From NCBI GenBank assembly GCA_951406725.2, contig OX597814.1, forward strand, positions 133,238,001 through 133,302,000: a stretch of 64,000 nt of DNA. The letters run 5' to 3'. Positions 54,770 to 64,000 of the stretch are shown here, in pieces. The position numbers were made by a program, and so were the translations under genes. Origin of the DNA: Octopus vulgaris (taxonomy: Eukaryota). The notes beneath the pieces are model-generated. The model saw only the letters and a list, made by a program, of their open reading frames with translations, made no database searches and was not told the DNA's origin. The stretch's first letter is position 1. Every line of letters begins with the position of its first letter.

Positions 54770-55330
54770 TTTTTAAATAAGCTGAAGGTACTAAATCAGG
54801 AGAGATCAGGGGATGTGCAAGATTTTCCCGGCCAAACACTTCAAACTTAACAGCAATGAGCTTTACGTTACCATGACGGAAAATGTTTCGGTGAAGTGAT
54901 TTTAAAGTGAATGAGATTTATCACATCCCAGAAAATACTCAACAAAGCCTTGTTAGGTTGAAGGTCCTGCTGTGTTTGAAGTGTTGCTTGCTGTCCTGAT
55001 GAAAACCATTGATTTGGTTTGTGCCAATTTTATAAAACACCCTCTTTACATTACCAGTAAGAAAACTATCTAAAACTTGGGATTGAACTTGCTGTGCATA
55101 AACACCAACACAGGGCCATTATCTCTGACCTGTGACTTTCTGTTTGTGAGGAATTCATTTGCCGAAATTAAAACCCAATCCAAATTGTTGTGGATGGAGG
55201 GACGCAGTGCAGAGTGATAAATTAAGTGCTTTTGCTAGTTACATTGCTATTTATCTTAAGTACTGCTTCAGTTTTTCATTATTAATGAAAACAGGCGTTC
55301 ACAGTTGAAATCCCCAGTATGATAATACCT
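54770..55330 (-). pseudogene. Old mariner transposase relic
   Basis: LDSFLTGNVKRVFY..QW..PNKALLSIFWD..HGN..LAHPLISPDLVPSAY. Confidence 0.7.
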
Positions 55331-55458
55331 TTGAAGAACATGAAACTGTGGAACTTGTTACGTTAATATAAATAGAATCTTTTTAAGACCGCAAAGTGCT
55401 TTTTCAACTTAATTGGTTCTATACTTCTGCTCCTGTGATAAAATATTTCCTTGTATGC

Positions 55459-55522
<64 letters not shown>

Positions 55523-56649
55523 TGTGGAGTGCGCGTGTGTGTGTGTGTGTGTGGTGTGGAGTGCGTGTGTGTGTGTGTGTATGCGTGTGTGTGTGTGTGT
55601 GTTATGTGTATATGTAGGAGTATATCTAGTTTTTTCTTTCCAATTATTCCGCAACACTTTTTTCTCTGTAGTGAAAGGAATTTTTTTCCGCTGCACTCCA
55701 AATGCTTTCTATTTCACTTAAATAAAACCATCACAAAAGTCAATGACGCATTCAAGTGGACAGAAACCGAAGTTTAAATAAATAATGTATCTATGACATA
55801 TTAGTTAGTATGATATCAGCGTAAAAATTAACGCTTGGAAGATTATCTTAAAATCACTCGGATAGTAAGCATGCGATGGAAATATTATGTATGTTACGAT
55901 GAAAAAGGATAAAGTATTTTCCTTTCGGAAATCAAATGACATTGATAAATTAACATCGATTTTTTGGCCATTTTGTTATGTAACTTAAAGAGATATATAC
56001 AAAAGCCGTCTGCTTTAATCTCTTTTATACTGAATGTAAACGCATAACTGCTTTTGAGTAGACCTGCAATATTATTAAAATTTCATTTATCAAATACGAT
56101 TACATTTTTTTCAATAGATTGTCACAATATAATCTATGACTTAGTCATATTTCATAAATGAAAATCTATACTAGATGGGTGAGATTTGTTGTTCACAAAT
56201 TTCAGCATTGTAAGTCCAGAAGCGTTTGTCAAATTTTTAAGCTGCGCGTAGGCGTAGATATTTATATATGAAATTTAAAATATAACAATGACTTACTGAC
56301 AAACTATTTTCATTATACCAACTAGACATTAGAAAGTACTTCATTTAATTCAACAATGATTTCTTAAATGAAATGTCGTTACCTTTTCAGCAACAGTTAT
56401 AGAATTCGTTTTAAAGAAATAAATAAAATATAATTCAAATAAAATATAGTTCAAAAAATTTAAAGTTGAATTTCTTCTTGCAAATGAGAACATATATTGA
56501 TTCTTGATATTTTCTTTCACCTATTTCTGTTGATGTACATATGAAATTTCTAAAAAAAATCAAAATATGAACAAAACATATTTCAGCTTTGAATTGAAAA
56601 TTAACAATGGAGTATACGGTAATACTGACGCCCATAATCAACCTTCTTC

Positions 56650-56842
56650 TGTTTAAATTTTATCAAATTAAAGTACTTACAAATCGGAAAATATGCACAC
56701 AAAATACTTGTATCGAGGTTCGAAAACTTTTCGGGAACTGGTTTCTAACTCAAGTTTAAAACGTATCAAACACAAGAAAACGAATTCTTTACAAATCTAT
56801 GACCACTCTTCTTCAATACAAAGAATCACACGCAGAAACGCA

Positions 56843-56911
<69 letters not shown>

Positions 56912-57859
56912 ACGCATCTGCACGCACACCCCCACACACATAAAGGCACATACGCGCACACGCACTTACAGACACACACGTACACGCGTTGTGGGCACAA
57001 CGCCCACAAAAAATCAAAGAAAGTGACGCACACACAGAATTAGTAAAATAATTGTTTCACCTTCATGTGATGTATTTGTTACGTTTTATTTAAATATCTG
57101 TCTTAACACTTTCCCTTACACATGTGTTAACTAATACAATTGTAATTTTCTTTCTGGCCATGAACTGACATGAGATTAATTTAGATGAAACTATTGTCAT
57201 GATATTGATTCACATTAGATATTGATTCATCACGTATTCTACATATAATCTGACTAAAACCTCTCTAGTTTTCGGAGATTAAACGAACCTATTAATTTAT
57301 TTAAATCAAGAGAGGAATCTACAGACAGGACAATATAATAACTCAATGACAAATTTATCAGGTCCGCTCCTAGCTATTTTTGTATATCTCCTACTACTTG
57401 CTACTGGTGAACCATACAAAAAAAGTATATATATTCATTTCAAATATACGAATGCGTCAAATACGAAAATATTAAGCAAGTCTTCATTTAAAAGTTCATT
57501 TCGATACATAGCCTGTGAAAAAAAGAACAACACCACATGAGGGAAATGAATATAAGAACCAATGACACGACCGTGGAGCAAGTGGTAGTGAATTACAAGC
57601 TACGGAAACTAGAGAAACCATCGCACGGGGAGTATTAGCTGACAGGATTTTGTTTTATTATTAAAGAAGCACAGAATAATAAAGAAAGAAACACGAGAAT
57701 AATGTAGATAACAAGTCAGTACATTGCTCATCGCCTCTAGAAATATATTCAGATCACTGAAAATGTTCAAAATTTTGCTGTAGCTTTTTAATTGTGGATA
57801 ACATAACTAAACTATCACGCTCATATATGTATGCATTCAGCCACATATACATAAATACA

Positions 57860-57934
<75 letters not shown>

Positions 57935-58276
57935 ACATACATACATACATACATACATACATACATACATACATACATACATACATAAACACAGACATCT
58001 GAGGTTCTGCTGAGCAGCTTCTCTTCCATAGAGTTGTGCTTGGCAGCGTGAAACAGTAATGCAGAAACCTGATGACTGTTTGGCTAAATTAGAATATTTT
58101 GTTTAAATTTTATCAAATTAAAGTACTTACAAATCGGAAAATGTGCATACAAAATACTCGAAAACTCTTTGGGAACTGGTTTCTAACTCAAGTTTAAAAC
58201 GTATCAAAAACAAGAAAACGAATTCTTTACAAATCTATGACCACTCTTCTTCAATACAAAGAAGCACACGCAGAAA

Positions 58277-58341
<65 letters not shown>

Positions 58342-58525
58342 ACGCATCCGCACGCATCCGCACGCACAACCCCACACACATAAAGGCACATACGCGCACA
58401 CGCACTTACAGACACACACGTACAGGCGTTGTGGGCACAACGCCCACAAAAATTCAAAGTAAGAGACGCACACACAGAATTAGTAAAAGAATTGTTTCAC
58501 CTTCATGTGATGTATTTGTTATGTT
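56650..58525 (+). repeat. Direct repeat pair of ~430 bp (56650-57085 and 58100-58525)
   Basis: tgtttaaattttatcaaattaaagtacttacaaatcggaaaat...cttcatgtgatgtatttgtta in both, including the internal (CA)n. Confidence 0.92.
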
Positions 58526-58559
58526 CCTCATTCATGGATAGTTAAAATCACTATGCATA

Positions 58560-59680
58560 ATCCAATAGTTATAGCCGTTGCCATTAAGAGTCTAACAACA
58601 CATTATACACAGCGATATAGGTAAGAACTGAAGCTACTACAATAGTCATTAACATAATTAGGCTATCAACAAGAATATTTCAGGGTGACGTATTATCTAT
58701 AATACTTTTACACCAAGCAGTAAATCATATGTGAGCCCTACTAACGAAATGCAAACGGTACTTGATAATTTGCGGAAATGAAAAAAAATTAATGATCCCA
58801 CACACTTATTCTTCGTTGATGAAGTTGACGTACATTTAAGTTGACATATATTTAACACCAAGAGACTGTTAGAATTGGTCGTAAGGGGCATAGGAATGAA
58901 GTTCGTAAGGGACATAGGAAAGATTATCGACCAATCAAAGAATATGGAAACTAATGGCCTGCGAATGTCATCTATCACCAGTGATGTATGTTATAAATAT
59001 CTTGGAATCGACAATAATATATTGCATACGTTAGCTAGTGGGATGAAAGAATACTTCAGCAGAATTCGGAGGTTATGTAAGTCTAGGGTGAGCGCATACA
59101 ATAAAATCATATCCCCTAATGTTCACTACTTTCACCACATCAAAGGTATTAGACAGGACAATTGAATAAATCCACATCTTAGACAAGTCTGAGAAGATAT
59201 TAACAATAACGGGTAACTCCCACATCAACAGCGACACTGACAAGATCTATATTAAGTAGAAAGATGTAGGTACATCAGTCATAAGATAAATCAAAACATT
59301 TGTTGAATGCAGCATCATGTCACTTAAACAACACCTATAAAACACTGAACGAACAATACAGAAATAAATTACTCCATCACATGTATAGTCAGTAGTGATA
59401 GTAATCACATTTCGAAATTAATTGAAGACGCCTTGAAAGGGACACCGAATGACTGTGGAACAAATAGGGCTGAACTGACCTACATAAATAAGGACTTGTA
59501 AGAGAAATATTTCTCTTACCAACAAAACCTAGTGCTTGGTTCATATTCCACAAGTCAAAGAATACCGTCAATATTAGCAGGCATAGTAGCCTCTGCTTGG
59601 CCAGTGATATACACTTCAGATGGTACCTAAAGGGTTACAGTTTGCCATCAAATCACAGAAGATAGCCACTAAACACTTAA
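58560..59680 (+). mobile_element. Decayed RT/thumb region of an R4/Dong-like non-LTR element
   Basis: THLFFVDE, IGMKF, CYKYLGID, KEYFSRIRRLCKS..NKI, HINSDTDKIY, FAIKSQKIATKHL. Confidence 0.75.
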
Positions 59681-59694
59681 TCAGCAGTGGTGAT

Positions 59695-59921
59695 AATTTA
59701 TTTCTTTATTGCCCACAGGGGGCTAAATATAGAGGAGACAAACAAGAACAAAGGACTTAAGTCGATTACATCGACACCAGTGCGTAACTGGTACTTATTT
59801 AATCGACCCCGAAAGGATGAAAGGCAAAGTCGACCTCGGCGGAATCTGAACTCAGAACGTAACGGCAGACAAAATACCGGTAAGCATTTTGCCCCGCGTG
59901 CTAACGATTCTGCCAGCTCGC
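59695..59921 (-). mobile_element. SINE family A
   Basis: Reverse complement of 15842-16060. Confidence 0.9.
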
Positions 59922-61857
59922 AGCAGTAATAATAATGATTCTAAATATGCATGTCCTAATGGAAAAACGTTCATTGTGCCATACCAGATATGACGAAAGG
60001 TCTCTACTCTAATATTTTCAGTAATAGACTTTTGGAGAATAATCAATTGAGTAGCACCGAAGAAATTTCTTGCTCTGTGAGTGTCTGATTTTAAGGATTC
60101 AATTTAGTATATTCGGGAATGATTTTATGAGAAATAACCAGATATTAAGTGATTTAGAATTGAAAACGTCATTAAATTTTTATTCTTGTGTAATGTTGAA
60201 ATACAGGGTATGGTTTTGAAACACTACTTCTGTGATAATATTGAACAACAGTTTATTGGGTATATCGATTGAATATATCTCCATTTAAAAAGACGTTCAA
60301 TGGTTTTGCTTATGGATATTTGTCTTAAAACTGTATGTTATGCATAGGTGTTAAATGAACGCGCAAGCCACGTTAAACGGGAAGAAGGCATATTGGTGTT
60401 GCAGTATATTATAACTACATGAAGTGGCTAATGTACAGAAATAAAAAAAGGTCTTCGAAAGATATATGTACTATTTCGTTGTCATTATGATCTTAGAAAT
60501 TTTCTTCGTAATACTTGTATACTTGGTCCCTAAATTGTTTTTGTATGCTGACAAACTGTTCAAATGATAATTCATTTCATTGGTTGGTTGTTGTCTTCTT
60601 ACTGGTATGCTACATAAGAACTCTACTATATAGTAAATTCAGAAATTTAGAAATTATAAATATAGTAAGAGTCATTTAACTAGAATAAAAGTATACAAAT
60701 TATTTCACATAATATTTCAGATTATCTTCATAGATTCGCAGGTAACTTGTCAGCAAATATGGCTACTTAGCTTTCCTGTGAGATAATGAATCATTCATTG
60801 GTTAAATATAATTACGTATTATAGCTGCTATAGAAATCAATGGCGACTGACAGAGAAGTTGAATTCCAAATGCTATAACCATTAGCGTTTCCTAGAGATA
60901 GATGGCTGTTTAGCTTATACTATGGCATTAATAAACGACATCAATTATAGTATGCATTATATATTAATGGTTTCAGTAAAATTTACCTTTCACTAATAAT
61001 AGCTTTTTGTCTAATTATAAACAATGCGCATAATTATTTCTTATTTCAATAATATGTATTTATTGAATGCTTAGACGAAAGATTAGAGACAGCATTTTTC
61101 AAAAGTTTATTTCCCTAGAAAATTCTTCGTTTATATCACATAAAGAATTCATTTCAAATAATCACGATAAAATATATTTGAAAACCAATGCCAATATTTA
61201 CCATTGATGGCCTTGGAAATATTGAATACCAGCTAATAAATTGACGTCAATCTACTTCGGTTTTGTTTCATCTCTCTAGGGGATATTTTATTTCAAATAC
61301 ATCATTATGTTGATATGTTGGTAATTGATAAAGTCATTTTTTAACGGGAGCTACCAGGGTGTTATCGTGGGTAGTACATAACTGCTGATAGAGCCTCTAT
61401 TCTGTCGAGTGATAGCTTCGGGGCTCTCTCATTTGGTTATCATATGTAAACATGGTGAAGTCTCTAGAAACCACGATGTATTATTATAAGTTTAATGCCG
61501 TTGGAATGGGTACAATCGTGTGATTTATGGCATCAAAACACTTTTACATGTTCAGCTTTTAATATTCACCCTAACCAATACCGTGAACTTACTGATATAT
61601 AATCTATTGTCATGTTGATATGATCAGATGGAATATTTTTATTTCCTTGTAAAGTACTGCACAGAGCAAATCATGTACACTGATGTGTTTTATTTTCTAT
61701 ATATTCATTCAGTTTCGAAAAGCCATTGCATTAATTAATACATATTTGTTGAAAAAGACAACTGCCACAACAGCTGAGGAAATGTATCAATTCACAAGAA
61801 AATATAGATGTTTCGTATAATCTGAATAACGAAGTGCAGATGTGGCGATTCGATCTA

Positions 61858-63147
61858 CGAGGGACGTTCAATAAGTAATGCCTCTGACCCACTTGCAGTT
61901 GTGTGATCTAGCTGACATTTTGCATGTGCAATCATTTATATCTCTATAGAGTAAGTAGCAAGTTACAGCTCTGAATTAATTGTGGTTTATGATTTACAGG
62001 TGTTTGAACCGAGTCAAGTGTGAAATGGAGCCTGTTGAGTGTCGAGCAGTGATCCGGATTTTGTATTTGAAAGGACGCACACCACGGGAGACTTTTGATG
62101 AAATGAAAGTAACTTATGGTGATGATGCCCCATCATATGACCTTGTAAAACGCTGGAATCGTGAATTCAAACATGGTCGGAACTCTGTGGAAACAGCTCC
62201 CAGATCTGGTCGCCCCTTCTGCCATTGATGAGGCATCTGTCCGTCAAGTTGAGGCTGCCATTTTGGAAGATCGACGCATAATTATTCGCCAAATAGCCCA
62301 TAAGGTCAAGATTAGTACCGGGTCTGTGGAAACTATTATTCATGACCATTTGCATATGCAAAAGGTGCCTGCCAGATGGATTCCCAGGTTGCTCACGCCT
62401 TTCCAGAAGCAAGAACGCGTCGAGTGCTCGAGGGTGAATTTGGAGATGTGCCAAGAAGATGAGTCAAAATTTTTCAAAAGACTGATTACACAGGATGAAA
62501 CCTGGATCCATCACGATGATCCAGAGACCAAAGCCCAGTCAATGCAGTGGAAGCACCGTGACTCACCCCCTCCAAAGAAGGTAAGGGTGCAGCCCTCCGC
62601 TGCCAAGGTCATGCTCACAGTCTTCTGGGACCAGGACGGAGTAGTGATGACAGATTTCCTGGCAAAGGGTACCACAATTGCAGGAGCCTATTATGCTTCA
62701 CTTTTGAGGAAATTAAGAGAAGTTATCAAAATCAAGAGGCGGGGCAAGATCAGCAAAGGCATCCTCCTCCTGCAGGACAACGCTCCGGTCCACAACTCGC
62801 TTGTCGCCAGATCAGAAGCACAGGCGTGCGGCTATGAACTCCTCCCCCATCACCCTACTTTCCCGACCTTGCACCCTCTGATTTTCACCTCTTCCCAGTC
62901 ATGAAGTTGTTTTTGAAAGGAAAGCGTTTCCCAGATGATGCAGCCTTGATTTCTGAAGTCACGTTGAGGTTGGATGACCAAGCTGGGTTCTTCTACAAAA
63001 ACGGTCTCCAGAGCTGCATCAAACAATGGGAGAAATGCGTAACTCTGGGTGGTTGCTATGTAGAAAAAGACTAATAACTGTGCCAAGTTTCGTTGCTCTA
63101 CTGCTATGGGAAGTGGGTCAGGGGCATTACTTATTGAACGCCTCTCG
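61858..63147 (+). mobile_element. Mariner (DD34D-type) transposon, full length, defective, copy 2
   Basis: 37-bp TIRs with a few mismatches, TA TSD at 61856-57 and 63148-49; ITQDETW, QDNAPVH; two frameshifts; same family as 12704-13973. Confidence 0.95.
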
Positions 63148-64000
63148 TACATAGAGCAATAATAATAAATTTTTTAATTGATAATGTAGTTTTCAAGTAA
63201 TCTTAAACGGAAATAGAATAAAAAGGAAGGTTAAAATATTTGAACAAATTATTGGCTAGAATATATATTTTATAATTTATACTGAATACTCAACCCTTAT
63301 CTATAGCAATAGTTATCAGTTTTTATATGATGAAATCCTGCTTTATGCACAATTTTACTTCCGTGATCGAAACTTGTTCCTGATTCCTTCTGTTCGTAAC
63401 TCTCTTTTGCACACAGCTCTTACTGAATCAAACGCACATGAACAGAAATGGAATCGTATCACGTAGTAATAGACATGTGAGAAGGAAGAAATTTCTAATG
63501 GTTTACAAATATTTTGAAAGGAAAAGTAATGCTGTTCTAGGATCAGTCTTTAGAGCCTTGATATTCGAAATTTACTAGGAATCATAGAAAATGAACATTG
63601 CATTTGACGCTAAAGAAACGAGTGGGTGAGGATCAGTGTTTACCCTCCAGCGATATTTCGACTTTCATTCACGTAGAACATATAAATAAGCATTGAAGGT
63701 TCCGTTTCAATTATTTCTGATGTTTATTTATTTATACACCTATTTATTTGGAATCATTACTAATTTTGGGACTATAAAAATGATGCCCATTCCACTAACA
63801 CAAATTTCTCTCAGATATTTCTTATCACAAATTCAAGAAATCTTGATTGAATGTCAAATGATAAGCTACTGCTCGTTCTCCTGTAAATAGAAGGATTAGT
63901 ATGAGAAAATATGTATCACTGGAAAAAAAGAATACAAAATAATTCTTCTTCACGATATATCGCAGGATCTCTTCTCGTTTTTGAAAAAAATGTTCATTGT

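Noticed and set aside
54992-55025. CTGATGA followed by a 6-bp stem AAACCA/TGGTTT
   Set aside because: No GAAA box follows, and it is the antisense of a mariner transposase relic.
57346-57540. 64-aa ORF with a signal-peptide-like start (also 46-aa minus ORF near 26550-26690 and a 23-aa ORF near 16737)
   Set aside because: Hydrophobic runs arise easily in T-rich DNA; no homology or splice support.
61388-61432. Hairpin agagcctc..ggggctct
   Set aside because: Too short and irregular for a pre-miRNA; no miRNA I recognise.

Overview
AT-rich, microsatellite-dense eukaryotic DNA with no host protein-coding gene I can support. The SINE families, (TA)n/(CA)n/(GATA)n load and transposon mix look like a cephalopod (Octopus-like) intergenic or intronic region; that assignment is inference. 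The window is a transposon mosaic: two near-identical young CR1-type LINE copies (one with an 826-aa open RT ORF), decayed RTE, CR1 and REL-endonuclease (R4/Dong-like) LINEs, three tRNA-derived SINE families, five Tc1/mariner-superfamily lineages (DD34D mariner x2, maT DD37D, Tc1, a deleted mariner, a relic), two Helitron-like elements and two Penelope-like (PLE) ORF fragments. The most interesting unannotated signal is a set of hammerhead-ribozyme (HHR) motifs: five convincing and about three decayed, from several sequence families. Most sit in 150-300 bp modules embedded in (TA)n tracts, probably solo PLE pseudo-LTRs or retrozyme-like units. Also notable: an RTE insertion with a twin-priming-type 5' inversion and 13-bp TSD, a ~340-bp foldback, and a TIR element enclosing a PLE fragment. 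Most short ORFs in the track are microsatellite artefacts. All alignments and counts were made by eye.
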